The notes beneath the pieces are model-generated. The model made no database searches and was not told the DNA's origin. It saw only the letters and a program-made list of their open reading frames with translations. Made by a program: the position numbers and the translations under genes. A stretch of DNA of 63,972 nt, counting the filler, from Collodictyon triciliatum (lineage: Eukaryota), in assembly GCA_043381765.1 (NCBI GenBank). It is 4 parts of 4 records of this genome, joined end to end, with 100 filler letters (N's around TTAATTAATTAA, not from the genome) between each part and the next. Parts side by side here need not be neighbours in the genome. Positions count along the whole stretch, not along the records: positions 16,084 to 32,019 come from JBHJMP010001622.1; positions 32,120 to 48,062 come from JBHJMP010001624.1; 2 more parts are not named here. One strand, 5' to 3'. Each line of letters starts with the position of its first letter. Positions within the stretch are counted from its first letter, which is position 1. Shown piece by piece: positions 18,680 to 32,349 of this stretch.

Positions 18680-21600
18680 CTAGTTGTTTGTTGATGCAAG
18701 GATGGCTTGAATGAGACCGGCGCTCTGAGATGCAGTCTCAAAATCTCGCCATAGTTTTCCAATCAGCTGTGTTTTTCTGTTTTTCGACGTGGGATTGATG
18801 TTCCACGAAAAGTAAACACGGCACTTGTACATATTGTAGGCCGCAGGGTCTGTGGCGGCAAGGCTCTTTCTGCGAGTTGAATCTGGGTGGGTAGGTGTAG
18901 AAGCTTTGACGCTTTCCGTATGACTCGAGTCCGCCAAGGTCTTGTGAGAGAAGTAGGTTGGAGTTGCTCCGGGTGAGTTTGGCACAAAGGTCAATGTCTT
19001 CGAGAATCGGAACTGTGGTGGAGGACCAAGCTTGAGATATGCCTTCAGTTGCTTGCGAAGATGCTCCTTTTCTTTCTTTAGCTCTTTGTGTGCCTCCTCG
19101 TCATAGTACTTACTGTGGCGAAAGCCGAACGGAAGCGAGGTTGATAAGGAGAAAGATTGAGAGCGATTAGTTGATGTGTTTTGCAACTGGTAAGGTGACG
19201 CAGAGTTTGTCGATAACTGAGAGAGTGACAGAGCATCTGTCTGCGTAACGTGTTGCGATTGANNNNNNNNNNNNNNNNNNNNNNNNNNNNNNNNNNNNNN
19301 NNNNNNNNNNNNNNNNNNNNNNNNNNNNNNNNNNNNNNNNNNNNNNNNNNNNNNNNNNNNNNNNNNNNNNNNNNNNNNNNNNNNNNNNNNNNNNNNNNNN
19401 NNNNNNNNNNNNNNNNNNNNNNNNNNNNNNNNNNNNNNNNNNNNNNNNNNNNNNNNNNNNNNNNNNNNNNNNNNNNNNNNNNNNNNNNNNNNNNNNNNNN
19501 NNNNNNNNNNNNNNNNNNNNNNNNNNNNNNNNNNNNNNNNNNNNNNNNNNNNNNNNNNNNNNNNNNNNNNNNNNNNNNNNNNNNNNNNNNNNNNNNNNNN
19601 NNNNNNNNNNNNNNNNNNNNNNNNNNNNNNNNNNNNNNNNNNNNNNNNNNNNNNNNNNNNNNNNNNNNNNNNNNNNNNNTTTACGTGCCAGGATGCCCCT
19701 CCACGTCCTCTGAATCTTCAGAATCTACACGGAATTAGTTTTATTTAAAAAATCGTTTTGTTGATAAAATTGCTATTTTTCATGCGATGGTAAGTGATTG
19801 GTTTCTATATCTCTTTCTTTTTAGGAGAATCAGGAAAAGAATGTAATAAATATTTGTTTTTAGGCACATAGTCTTGGTGCACTAAAAGGAAAATACATAG
19901 CAAGATTCAATCGTTGGCTTGACATATTCCTCGCATCAATTTCAAATCCAATCTAATACTTACGCAATCCTTCATGTAAACAAAATCGTCTTTAACCAAG
20001 AGTGCTCTCCACCATCTCTGGATGTAAACTGCTGCTTCTTTTTTCTTCAAGAAAGCTAAGCGCTGTAATGAGTTGGCATTAACATGAAGTATTGGGCAGT
20101 AGTAAAGGCATGACAAGATGAAGAGTGCTTGCAATCCGTTCATCAACAAATTGATTAGATTTTTATGGGAAAGTTTCAGGGCTTATTCGGTCTCTAATCA
20201 TGTTTTGCATCACTCACTTCTGCCTCTGCCCGTTCCATAGCCTCAGCTTCATCCCTGGCGTTTTCATCCGCAAGCTAATAGTTCCCATTAACAAATTGAA
20301 TGTTAGCTTCATGTCATCGCAAGATTCTATTAAATTAAAGCGCGCAGTATATGATTGTATTTCTTTTTGGATCCTTGCTGTTAAAAAAACCTGCAGCTTT
20401 CGGTGCGATTTCATAGCATTAATGGACGAGCTGATAATCTCCATCGCATGTGGGAAAGGCATCACAGCAGCGATTTCTTCTGTTTTTTCAATCAAACTCT
20501 GCATCAAAGTGAAACATTTGACAGAAAAAAAAGGCAATAAAAATTTAGTTAATATATACCCCCATTGGATAATTAGGGGGTTTGAAAGAGTGACAATGTG
20601 CTATTGCTAAAAACATTCAGATAGTCCTTACTTTGCGAAGCTTTGATTTTCCATAGCTGACACGCCGTTGAATAAATATGGTAGACTTTTTCAGAGCTAG
20701 AAAAGCTCTTCTTTGTTTTTTCCTGAATTGTGTTTATGTTCCATAAATTTCATGCTATTTACTACACTATATGTCATATTATTGAAGCAATAAGGGGGAA
20801 AAGATCTATTAATCATGTTCGTCAGCATCTATCCATCAACCTATGATATCTCTTGCAAGATTCGATTAAGTTAAGTGGTTTGCACATTTTGAATAAAATC
20901 ACCACCTTTTGTAATTAGCCTGAATTCGAACGACGGCATTTTCCAGTTGGAAGTATCTCTCATCTCCAAGAAGGATGTGGTAGAATGTCTGGAAGTGCGA
21001 TGGTGTCATTAAATTGCCGAACGGTTGGCCATTTGTTCATGGATTAAGTCATAAATATAAGGTAAATATTCTTGGCTGTTCTATAAAACGATGCGAATAT
21101 CAAAGGCTAACCTTGATTAGAGCTGGGCGGTCAATCATGTGAACCGAACGCATCGCGTTCACGATAGTGTGGAAAAATTCATCAGCAGTTTCAGAAGACG
21201 CCACCAAGTTTTGCGCATCAGGTATGTTTAGGAGTACTAGCAATAACTGTAGGAGGAAGTTGAGATGTAAAGTTATGATGAAACAGGTAAAATGATTCAA
21301 AATTTATCTTAAAAATAGCAGAATGAAGCCTTGGCGACGATGTTTAGGTTGTTATGTCAAAGGCTTCTGTTTAGTATGTCTTACGGCAAAGTTGTCTCGG
21401 ATTTCAGCAAGACGCTGCTCGTACATGTCGATGAGTGCCTCATTTTCATCCGCTGTAAGATGCATATGAAGAAGTTTGATTCACAAATACATAAAAAAAT
21501 GGATGCTGACTGAAAGTGGGACATTTAATATTATGGTAAATTGACGCAGATTTAGAATTTTCTAGAACCGGTTGATTGTATCGTTTAATCGACAGAAAAA

Positions 21601-24600
21601 AAATGATTTACTTGTCTCTTCGACCCTCGAGATGAATGTTCTTGGTGTGCCGGGCATCTCTGCATCTTCCACGTCCTTTCGTGCACATATTCATTAATGT
21701 CAAAAATTTTATTTTATTGAGAGAAATAGTTAGACGAATTTATTGCAGTGTCATGCAGCTGAGAAATGAACAGTTTCAGAGGAACTTCTTGATGTCTTCT
21801 CACCTTTCCAACAGATTTTATTGGTGTCAATCGCCCGATGCCACTGACTTCCAGAGTTTTGTTTCCGATATCAAAGTGATCAACCGGCTGATTGTAGATA
21901 CGTACTGGTCAATAGAATGTTCATAGAACCCAGCATTTATTAAAAAGAAATATGTGAAAAGTAAAGTCTTTGAATGTTGAAAAGCAAAGCAGGTAAAAAA
22001 ATACACCTTTGTTTTCTTTCCAATAGCGTCTCCTTTGGCCGTCCCGAAACTAAGTGATAGGAATTAATTAATAATGCTTTTATAATACTGGCAGCGTCTT
22101 GGGTCCAACACTTTATATATCTATACAAGATTAAAATAATATGAAAGAGGATGACAGACCTGCTCGTTGATTCGCAACATGAAAAAAAAGATGACCTTTG
22201 GGCCTGAGGGTGTGTTAATTTCTCTTTCAGAAAAAAACTCTATCGCATGAAAATTATTCGGTTGCGTCCTCATGAAGTATCATGAGAATATAAACTAAGT
22301 AAAGAAGTGTCGCCTCACTTTTGGTGGGGAGTGTGGCCCATGGCTTTTTCGCTTCATTCTTTTAAGAGACTCGTTTTCTTGTGAGAGTGACGCTATTTCT
22401 TTCTCATACTATATCACGGATATAAAAAAATAATTAAAAAGTGCTTAATATCATACTTGATAAACTTTTCAGTATTGCCTAATGACTTCAATGAGCTATC
22501 AGAACATTAACCTGGGCCACTAATTTCGAGTTCGTCTCATTCTTTTCAGCCTCCTCGCGCAAGTGGGAGCGATACTAAATTATGGAAAAGCAAAAAATGT
22601 TTCAAATTCTCGGCCAGGGGTAAATTATGTAAATGCCTGCTTTCATCCTTTGCGTATAGAAAGATAGCTTCGATAAAGATACACAACGATAATATTTGTT
22701 TTTATATATTAGTTCTTTCCGTGCGAGAAAATCACCAACCATTTGGATTTCGAGGTTCTTTCTATCAGCTTCGATTCGCAATTGGTCTAACTCGAATTCA
22801 TATTTCCACTTCTGAATAATGTTCAGTTTGATATATTTAGGTTCAATTCTTTTCAAAGGTATGGAAGGAACACAAGAAAATAGCAATGATGGTTGTGTAG
22901 AAACGGCAAGGAAAGGAATTTGGGCATTTCTCGATGGACTTCTTTTCTTTTCTTTTCTTTTCTTTTCTTTTCTTTTCTTTTCTTTTCTTTTCTTTTCTTT
23001 TCTTTTCTTTTCTTTTCTTTTCTTTTCTTTTCTTTTCTTACCAGCTCTTCGATACTTTGAAGCATTTTAGCTACATCAGCAGGCTAATTTGTTGGTCATG
23101 CAGTTAGTTAAATATGAAGGCTTCATTTTTGGGATATGAAAAAACAATTTCCTCTGCTGATAGTGTCATGTATATTGGAAATACTTTGCTTTAATATTTC
23201 TTAAGGTTTGTTTTAATTATATTATATCAACCATAAACCAATTATTTTGGAAATAATGAACATGCATTTTCGGAGTTCCCCATTTTTTCATCGCGAGAGT
23301 TTGTCTCTGATGCCTCCCGAATATAAGATTCCAGCTCTGCAAGTTTGACCTTATAATGGCTTTCTGTTTTGGATGCATTCGTGATTGTAAGCGTTTCTCA
23401 TTAGTGCAAGAGGAATATTGAATCCTTGCAGATGAACAAACTCGGAGTTATCAGGTCACTGGAACGATTTTTTCTTAAATAAAAAAAGTAAAGCTGCAGA
23501 GAAAAAATCAGCAGAAGATTAACCTCTTTGTTCCAATATAGATATTTTTAAAGCGTATGCTTCAGCATCCAGCGCATGAGGATTCGGACTCATGGAAACT
23601 TCGATGTTCTGAATGGCTTTATTTTGAACCTATTACACGTAAAAACTGAATTCATGAAGACATAAAGAAGGTGTACACAGTTCATGGCAACCCAGTGGAT
23701 ATGATATTTGCTGTTGAATTTCTTAGAGGGCATTGCATGACGGAAGAAAATGATGGAACCTCAGATGCCCGCTGAGCAAAACGGAGAGTGGAGAGTGTTT
23801 CAGAGGCGCATGATTCCGAGGGAGAAATATTTGCAACCAACCAGGTTTTGCTATTGCCTCCCAATGAATCCTAATTGAAAAAGCAAGCGAGGTTTAGACT
23901 CTCTCGGTCTCTATGTTTCATCTTATGTTATCGAGAAAATGGACACTATTGTACATATTTCGCAAGGCTGGTATGCACCTTAAGGTAGAGCGTAAGCTTT
24001 GAGTCTCTGTAGCGTATGTGTCCTTGCTTGCCTATGATAAATTTTTATTCTTTAGAACAATATGGAAAAGAACTTGGACGGATAATGTAGTAGGTAGGTG
24101 ATACAGAATGTATAAATGTCGGAGAGGATAAACACCAGTTTTTGCACGAGGCATGTGAAGATAAGCATGCTGTTGGTTGAGAAAGAGTAAAAGTGGTTGA
24201 AGGAACACTGACCGTTGTTCGATTCATATAGCGCATTTATTACAGAACCCAGGACAGAGAGAGACCCATTGATTTTGCTGGCCTCTTGTAGCCTCACACC
24301 TATGAAATTAGTTCATTCCTTGTGGGTTATGTGTTGTAAGAAAAATATATGCTTTGATGGCGGTCGATTCGAAAACAGGAATGAAATCAGCTGCTAGTCG
24401 CGTTTGTGGGGCGGGAAGACCTGAAGTGTCGGTGAGCTTTTGTCTTTCGGAACCAGCCAGATCAACAAGATTCAAGACTGACTTGCGCCTAGTGACTTTT
24501 CCATTCTCATAGGTCAGCTGCAGATGATAAGGTTTTGTTAGTGAGTACTTCAGATGATTCATCACTGATACATGAAAGCAAGTGCGTTGGGTAGCCATAA

Positions 24601-26187
24601 ATACATCCATGAAGCTGTAAGAAGATTAATTTTGTCGTATTTGAAACCCGAGGTCTGGAGTTTGGGGTGGATGTTCCCCTGTCAAGGTCTCGAGAAAGAG
24701 ATAGGATGATTGAATGGAGGAGAGCTTCGGGAGCAATCAAAGAGATGATTACGGTAATCTGGATTCGGATTCTGAAGATCGCATGAGAGCGGCTACTTGC
24801 AGAGTTCATGGCTGTGGAGGCAACTTGACGCCGGGCGATTCCGCGTAAAAGAATAGCAATGCCCTTATTGCGATGATTCATGAGATGGTTTATACAAGGA
24901 ATTTGGTTTTTGTTTATTTTAAAAATATGGGGGTTTGGAAAGTAGTAAGAAAGCGAACAATTTGAACTGTCAAACAAAAAGTATATATCCGGATGTAACA
25001 TTTGAAACAGATATGTTAAATATCGAGGAATCATTCAATTGGGTCGATGACAATCAAAGGCACGCAATGCTGAATCATAAAAAAAAAAGAAGGGTACCTC
25101 CGAAGGGGACCTGATCTCCTCTTCTTTCAGGTCTTCCACATAAATACCAGATTTTGTATCTTCTCGAAGACGTAAAATAGTGTTATGGAAACATTTGGAA
25201 TGAGGATGATGAGGATGAATTTGTCTGCGCTCAGGTATATATTTCAAGTTTGTGGAGGTGAAATTCTGAGTGATGACAACTCTTCAAAAATTGGAAAAGG
25301 ATATGAAGGAAGCGCCCAGAATTGTCAAGCAAATCTGCGATGTTTTCGTTGTATATCTCAAAGAAAGAGCACGCAATAGAACAGGTTTCGTTGGTTTTCT
25401 GGATATGTTAGATTTTGAGGGGGGAGCTCTTTGAGATTCGATTAAGAAAAACATTAAAGGGTAGCAGTGGCATGTCTCAGGAAATAAAAAAAACAAGGTA
25501 ATAAGAGTCTGTAATAAATAATTTGTCATTCAAGGCAATATATGAGGAAATGACAGTTGTCAGGATGAGGTTGAATATTGCGTTCCTTCGTTGGTATGGC
25601 GCGTGTAATAAATTGAGACTTCTTTTTTTTTTTGCGTACCAGAATAGCAGAGCGTTGGTATATATACTCAAACACCCGAGGGATAATACCGCGAGTCTTT
25701 TGCGTTGATTGGAGTTGTGAAGCTGTAAGTTCTAGTGGAAGAGAGAAAAACATCGATAAGAACGAAGGAAAAAATTAAAAAGGGCTTCTATCGCGTGATA
25801 ACTGGAGAACCAAATGCAGTAACACGCAATATGTTTATCAGTGTGCGAGCAGAAACAAGTATGGTTTTCATGAGCTGACCTTGTCCCATCATTGTGTATG
25901 TCTTTCCTGACGAAGTCTGACCATAAGCAAGTATGGAGGCATTGTATCTATGAATTGATTGTCATGAGGATGAAAGGAGATTGAGAAGGAAGCATACGCC
26001 TTAAAAGATCGCAACGTCTTGGCAGAACAATTTGCTACAAGAAAAGTGACTCAGAATGCGTGCACCATATACGTGACATGTATCCACATTGCAAATTATA
26101 CCCTAAAAACACGTTGTCCACAGCAGGCTGGCCAATCATACCAAAAACATCCTCCTATGCGAATCAATAAATCAATAAATCAATGAA

Positions 26188-26266
<79 letters not shown>

Positions 26267-27217
26267 ATCAGAAAGAAATTTATTTATATATACCTGGCTC
26301 ACAGATGAGTCCAAAACCGTGCGAAATCTAAAAGACTTCACATCGCCTCCAGCATCGATACTCAGTTCATGCTTTTCCCGACTCCACACAGCATTTTTCT
26401 CGCGTGAAGTCTGCTCTTTTGAAGTAAACGGCCTGAGACGAATACAGACACTGATGCTCGCTGCCTCATCTTTGAAATCTCTGCAAACGTGCGAGTGTAT
26501 TGAATCAATATTAAAACAGCTCCCAAGCTTTAGACTATTTCTTCAATACAAATACTCCCATGGATAAATATGAAAGAAAAAAAAGAACATGAATGTGTAA
26601 GAAACCAGTTCCAAAGTCGAAACTAAAGGAGAAATCATTACAGCGTCACAAGAAACAACAAAATCACAAGACACTAATTTTACTATTGACAACAAACCCA
26701 ACATTAGCAATAAAATGAAACCAAGGCACATACAAAGTCTAGTTTGTGTAGCCATCGAAAAAAAACTCCATTCTCACAAAAGCATATGGATTATGTCTAA
26801 CCGTGACTCCGTGTGCCCAGCAGTGGTCGTCAATAGCGACAGGTTTCTGGCAAAGTTTTCAGCCTTGGATGCGGCAATCTTTGGCGATGCGGCCTTTGCA
26901 GGGGTCTTCAGTGTTTTCTGCACAACCGGGCTGCAAAGCTGACTCTTTGAATCTGTTCGGCTGTGGAGTGTCTGGGAATGCGGTTTGTGGCTGGGCGAGT
27001 CAGTTGCAATCGGAGCGTTTCTGGGTGAGTTCCGCACCTCCGCAACCACAAAGTCGGCCGACGTGCTTTTGTCTTCGGGCGACGGATTCTGCGACGCGCA
27101 GCGATCGGCGCTGTCGATGAGTTTGAAGCTTGGCTCGTTTGTTGCAGCATCAAAGAGCGTTCGCTGTGAACGAGGCGTGGTCGGTTGGTTGACGCAGTTT
27201 CCAGCTTGCTGAGGCAT
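18680..27217 (-). CDS. Kinesin-12 (KIF15-like) N-terminal motor protein, followed by coiled coil, a helical region and IQ motifs; multi-exon and spans an N gap
   Basis: Motor motifs: [30 protein letters not shown] (P-loop), [12 protein letters not shown] (switch I), [13 protein letters not shown] (switch II), [10 protein letters not shown] and [18 protein letters not shown]...[12 protein letters not shown]. The [11 protein letters not shown]...[16 protein letters not shown] context resembles KIF15. Joining the distal exons ([21 protein letters not shown], and the exon ending at 18680) to this gene is inferred. Confidence 0.8.
22940..23038. repeat. (TTTTC)n microsatellite; (AAAT)n runs also at 13863-13926 and 26186-26268
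   Basis: Pure runs in introns. Confidence 0.93.
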
Positions 27218-27875
27218 GCTCTGTTTGCTGCTTCCTCCCTGTCTCTCTGTGTCTGTCTCTGTCTCTAACTCTGTCTCGTTTTATGCATGCACGAATGAGA
27301 AAAACAATGCTTATTGAATACAGTCTGTCTGTTTTTCTGTGTGATGTTTTATGCAAAGCTCTGTTCAGGTGTTCTTTTTTAGGTTGTTCTTTGTGTTTTT
27401 GCAGGACATTTTCTTCTCTCGTTCATGCTCGATAGAGTCCACACAAACACACCAGCTCAGCAAACATGAGATCAAAGAAGCAAACTTTGCCAGCGAAGAA
27501 AGATCACTAGAGCAAACGCCACGAAAAAAGCCGAGCCGATATGCGGAAAAAAAAAAAGATCCATAAATATTTAATAATTGAAATGCCAGTCAAGTTTTTT
27601 TTTGTATTTTTGAATTTTTGAATTTTTGGATTTCATACTGCAATTGATATCCGAAAAAGGCATCAAGAGTCAAATTATTGCACTGCTTTTGATGACTAAT
27701 CTGGAATTTTCAGTTTTTGTTTTTCCATCAACCACAGGCAAAACAAAGCACACCATCAAAGCCGCGTTGCCTTCTTCACGGCTGCTGCTCTACCCAGCCA
27801 GAATGACGAAGGAAAGCAAACAAACGAATCAACCTATTAAAAATAAGAATAACTCAGAGCTGACTCAGCACGGAA

Positions 27876-28121
27876 ATGAGCCAAGCAAGCAGCACAGCTT
27901 CAAACGCCTTCCTGGCGAATCTGCAGGCCCAAAACGGACGCGAGACGCTCGACCTGATCTGCGAGATGTCTGCGCTTCTCAAGACCGGCCTCGACCGCGA
28001 AACCCTCGGCCTGCTTGTTGGCCTCTGCGAAGCCGGAGTGTCGCCGGACGCCCTTGCCGCCATCGTGAAGGAGTTGAAAAGGGAGGCTGCGAATCGCCCG
28101 GCTTCGTCCTCTGCAAAGTGA
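27876..28121 (+). CDS. MZT1: MOZART1 / mitotic-spindle organizing protein 1 (gamma-tubulin complex regulator), intronless
   Basis: 81-aa ORF with the family signature RETLDLICEMSALLKTGLDRETLGLLVGLCEAGVSPDALAAIVKELKRE. Confidence 0.93.
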   Translation: MSQASSTASNAFLANLQAQNGRETLDLICEMSALLKTGLDRETLGLLVGLCEAGVSPDALAAIVKELKREAANRPASSSAK

Positions 28122-28444
28122 GTCGGCTTCGTGGGCAGAGTCTTTTCTGTTCTCGGGTGTTGTCCGGCCGCTTTCAATAGGGTCCCTCTTTTCCCAACCT
28201 GAAGCGTTGGTTTGTGCTTCCTTTGCTCCCGCTGTTTCTTGCACTTGCAAAAAGGCAAAGTCTGAGTTTGTGGGATGGTGTCCTGCGTTGATATCTCCGC
28301 TGCAATGAGATGTTTGTCGTTGGCCTGCAGCAATAAAGTCACTGCTGTTTCACCCTTCTTCCTTCTTCCTTCTTCTCTTCTTTACACTTTGTCTTGTTTT
28401 ATCCGCAAAACACGAATGCTTTACATGCACAACCTGCTTGTTTT

Positions 28445-28479
<35 letters not shown>

Positions 28480-28837
28480 CAGACATGTCCCCTTCGCCCT
28501 TTGTTTCAGGGGCAGTCGCATTCTCCTTGGTTTTGTTCTTTCAACCACCAAAACAAAATAAATATGGATGTGATGCTGTTTATACCCCACGCATTGAAAA
28601 ATGATGAAAAACTAAACTGTTTGGGTTCCTCGCAGATGGAGGGGAAGAAACACTCACGTTATCCCTGTGGCGGGCATTAGAACTAAAATTAGAATTGTTG
28701 ATTGGCTGACACGGCAAGTTACCAACTGGCATGTGCTCTTCAATAATCATCTATTTTTTGTTAAGTGAGCAAAAAAAAAAAAAAAGAGTCAATTTGTGAA
28801 TAAAATATGAACCTCTTTTCGAATGACAAAAAACTCT

Positions 28838-29335
28838 ACGAGCTGGCAAAGTCTCCCAACAATGCACACTTTGCACCAACCGTGATGAACCCATGGAGCA
28901 CACGTTTGTACAATGTCCCTTCGCTCAAAACCTGCGCGAAACAGCCGGTGAGATTCTTCGACTGACACTCAAGATGCTGCGGCTGTTGTCCAATCCAGGC
29001 GATATTTAGGCCTCTGCAACAGCTGCGTCCAGATGCAAAAACATTCTGGGCAGTGACGCGAGGCCATTTGGTATGGACTATGTGGACAGCGCGCATATAC
29101 TCACGCAAAGCAAGACTCAACAACCAGCCACCCATTCCTGATAATAAGCTGGACGACATCGTACAAATCTCTTTCCTCAACAGCTTTCTTCGCCACCTGC
29201 ACGTTCTCTACTACTCAGACCCTGTGAGAAGAAACATATGAAAGGAGGCTGAGAAAGATATTAAACCTCGCCTTGTCTCTCTCATGCAAGCACAAGACCC
29301 AGGCTACAGGCCAGTCTGCATAATCTAATCTGATA
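28838..29335 (+). mobile_element. Degenerate truncated fragment of the same non-LTR retrotransposon as at 48.2-49.4 kb
   Basis: Colinear nucleotide similarity to ~48803-49305, e.g. shared CAAAACCTGCGCGAAACAGCCGGTGAGATTCTTC and GATGCAAAAACATTCTGGGCAGTGACGCGAGGCCATTTG. It carries small indels and a TGG>TGA stop near 29239. Confidence 0.9.
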
Positions 29336-30606
29336 AAGAGAGCAATTGTATTCGCCCTGCGACCGTAAACCTCAGGTCATTCCTCCTCATCTGAGACTGG
29401 ACCAAATCACCGGGGAGTCAGGGTTGCTCAAGACGCTGCATGAAGATGGGTGTGCTTCTTTCGGGGTGTCTTTGTGTTTGTGTATCGGGCGTGTTTGTTT
29501 GCAGATGCCTCGCTTCTCTCTCCGTGGCTTTTGCCTGCGCGTTGTTTCTTTCAACGGGCGGAGAAATTTGCTGTTTTGACAGGTTGGTTTGTACATTCAG
29601 TGATCCGTCTCCAGAAACCCGTGATCATATGTCATTTGCGTTCTGGCACTTTTGTAATGCCGTGTGGCGTTGGTCAAACCCTCTCTGCTACTATTTCCGT
29701 TTTTCTCTTTTTCTTTTTCTTTTTCTTTTTCTTTGTCTTTGTCTTTTTTCGTTTTTCTTTCCTTTTTGTTTTTGTTTTTTCTTTGTCNNNNNNNNNNNNN
29801 NNNNNNNNNNNNNNNNNNNNNNNNNNNNNNNNNNNNNNNNNNNNNNNNNNNNNNNNNNNNNNNNNNNNNNNNNNNNNNNNNNNNNNNNNNNNNNNNNNNN
29901 NNNNNNNNNNNNNNNNNNNNNNNNNNNNNNNNNNNNNNNNNNNNNNNNNNNNNNNNNNNNNNNNNNNNNNNNNNNNNNNNNNNNNNNNNNNNNNNNNNNN
30001 NNNNNNNNNNNNNNNNNNNNNNNNNNNNNNNNNNNNNNNNNNNNNNNNNNNNNNNNNNNNNNNNNNNNNNNNNNNNNNNNNNNNNNNNNNNNNNNNNNNN
30101 NNNNNNNNNNNNNNNNNNNNNNNNNNNNNNNNNNNNNNNNNNNNNNNNNNNNNNNNNNNNNNNNNNNNNNNNNNNNNNNNNNNNNNNNNNNNNNNNNNNN
30201 NNNNNNNNNNNNNNNNNNNNNNNNNNNNNNNNNNNNNNNNNNNNNNNNNNNNNNNNNNNNNNNNNNNNNNNNNNNNNNNNNNNNNNNNNNNNNNNNNNNN
30301 NNNNNNNNNNNNNNNNNNNNNNNNNNNNNNNNNNNNNNNNNNNNNNNNNNNNNNNNNNNNNNNNNNNNNNNNNNNNNNNNNNNNNNNNNNNNNNNNNNNN
30401 NNNNNNNNNNNNNNNNNNNNNNNNNNNNNNNNNNNNNNNNNNNNNNNNNNNNNNNNNNNNNNNNNNNNNNNNNNNNNNNNNNNNNNNNNNNNNNNNNNNN
30501 NNNNNNNNNNNNNNNNNNNNNNNNNNNNNNNNNNNNNNNNNNNNNNNNNNNNNNNNNNNNNNNNNNNNNNNNNNNNNNNNNNNNNNNNNNNNNNNNNNNN
30601 NNNNNN

Positions 30607-31860
30607 TTTTCGTTGCAAATCATTAAAGCTTCTATCGATTGGAGTCGCTGGTGGATTGATATGGATAATTTCTAGTCTTGTATGTGACTTACAAATAACC
30701 ACACATGTTAACTTGTTTCACTCTGTGGATTTTGCATGCTAACAAATCAAAATGAAAAAAAATCAAGATTGTCAACGGACAAATACACATCGATATGCAC
30801 TCAAAAACAGAATGCATCATAATAACCTGTGAGTTTCAAGAAGTTTCAGTATTGTTTAGCATTAATCCATGACTCAATTCAAATATCAAAATTCATCCAC
30901 AATTGCGACCAAATTATGCTTCAATTGATCATTTTATATGTAATAACATTTTATTTATTCATTTATTTATTTATTTTATTTATTCATTTATTTTATTTAT
31001 TCATTTATTTTATCAATTCATTTATTTTATCAACATGGCTGCAAAGGTGGGATCTTATGATTCATTCTTTCTTACATGCAGCAGATTTACTGACTGCAAA
31101 TAAATATTGTTTTTTCATACCCCAAGATTTCGGCCTGCATTTATTTGGCCAGAATCTTTCTGTCAGTGCACTGATTGTGAGGCTCTTCCGCCTGTACTAT
31201 ATTCTCGTAAGAAAGCAGAGCGTGCCACGGGGAACATACCACAACATCCTATTGCTGATGTTACCGACTTTTTTCATTGCCATAGGTATGAGCGATTTCA
31301 TGTTCTTGAACGATATACCCATGGGAACCAAGTTTTTTTTATTACCAATCCTCGCTATCCCCTTCCGCATTAGCATTTATCACGAGTTTCTTATTTATTC
31401 TAAAATATTGAATTAGCTGCATTGTATTCGGATGGAGCGACTGCAGAAGACGGTATATGCATGATTGATGATGAATTCTGGTCTGCATTTCTGATGGCTT
31501 CGTTTTTGTATCCGTACATAATCCTTCTGGTGAGACTCGAACGAGCTTTTTCTCCTATTAAGTATAATCAAAAATGTCACTGATTTATCTAACATCATAA
31601 ACATGCGTTTCAATGGCATTATACTCTAGAGTTTTTATGAGAAAAAAAGTGTGGGGGTTTTTTAAAAGGAATCTGACACTCTATCTTGAATCCCAGAACT
31701 TATCGTGGACAACCCGTAAAATACGCAAAGAGTTTAACGAGTTCAAGGTGACTTTGTTTGGAAGTGTTTTTTCACTTTTAATCTCTTTTGCCATTCTGAT
31801 ATCAATTTTGCTCGATGGGAGGAACGATACTTATGGAAGAGCCTTCGTCACACTGATTGT
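30607..31860 (+). CDS. Seven-transmembrane protein, class C GPCR (7tm_3 / GABA-B-like), partial; N-terminus in or before the N gap, C-terminus cut by a contig linker
   Basis: Hydrophobic exons RCKSLKLLSIGVAGGLIWIISSL, YCFFIPQDFGLHLFGQNLSVSALIVRLFRLYYIL, EFWSAFLMASFLYP and LSWTTRKIRKEFNEFKVTLFGSVFSLLISFAILISILL. The last resembles the class C ICL3/TM6 motif (TRKxxxxFNExK). The hydrophobic segment at 29440-29582 may be an upstream exon. Confidence 0.6.
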
Positions 31861-32349
31861 AATACGTTTTCTATCACACATTATGTCACCACATCTCGAT
31901 GCATTCCAGAGTCATCCATCCCTTTTTTTTTTTTTTTTTTTTAACCCCCCCCCCCCCCCCCCCCCCCTTTTTTTTTATTTTATTTTTTTCTCTTTTTTTC
32001 TTGTTTTCTTTTTTTTTTTNNNNNNNNNNNNNNNNNNNNNNNNNNNNNNNNNNNNNNNNNNNNTTAATTAATTAANNNNNNNNNNNNNNNNNNNNNNNNN
32101 NNNNNNNNNNNNNNNNNNNAAAGAAAAAAGAAAAGAAAAAAGAAAAGAAAAAAGAAAAGAAAAAAGAAAAGAAAAAAGAAAAGAAAAAAGAAAAGAAAAA
32201 AGAAAAGAAAAGAAAAAAAGAAAAGAAAAAAGAAAAGAAAAAAGAAAAGAAAGGGAAAAGAATAATGTTCTTGATCGAATAAGAAGCAGATGCATCATGC
32301 TTCCGCATGTCAGAGCTTTTTGTAAGAAATATGTGCATAGTGTTTCGTG

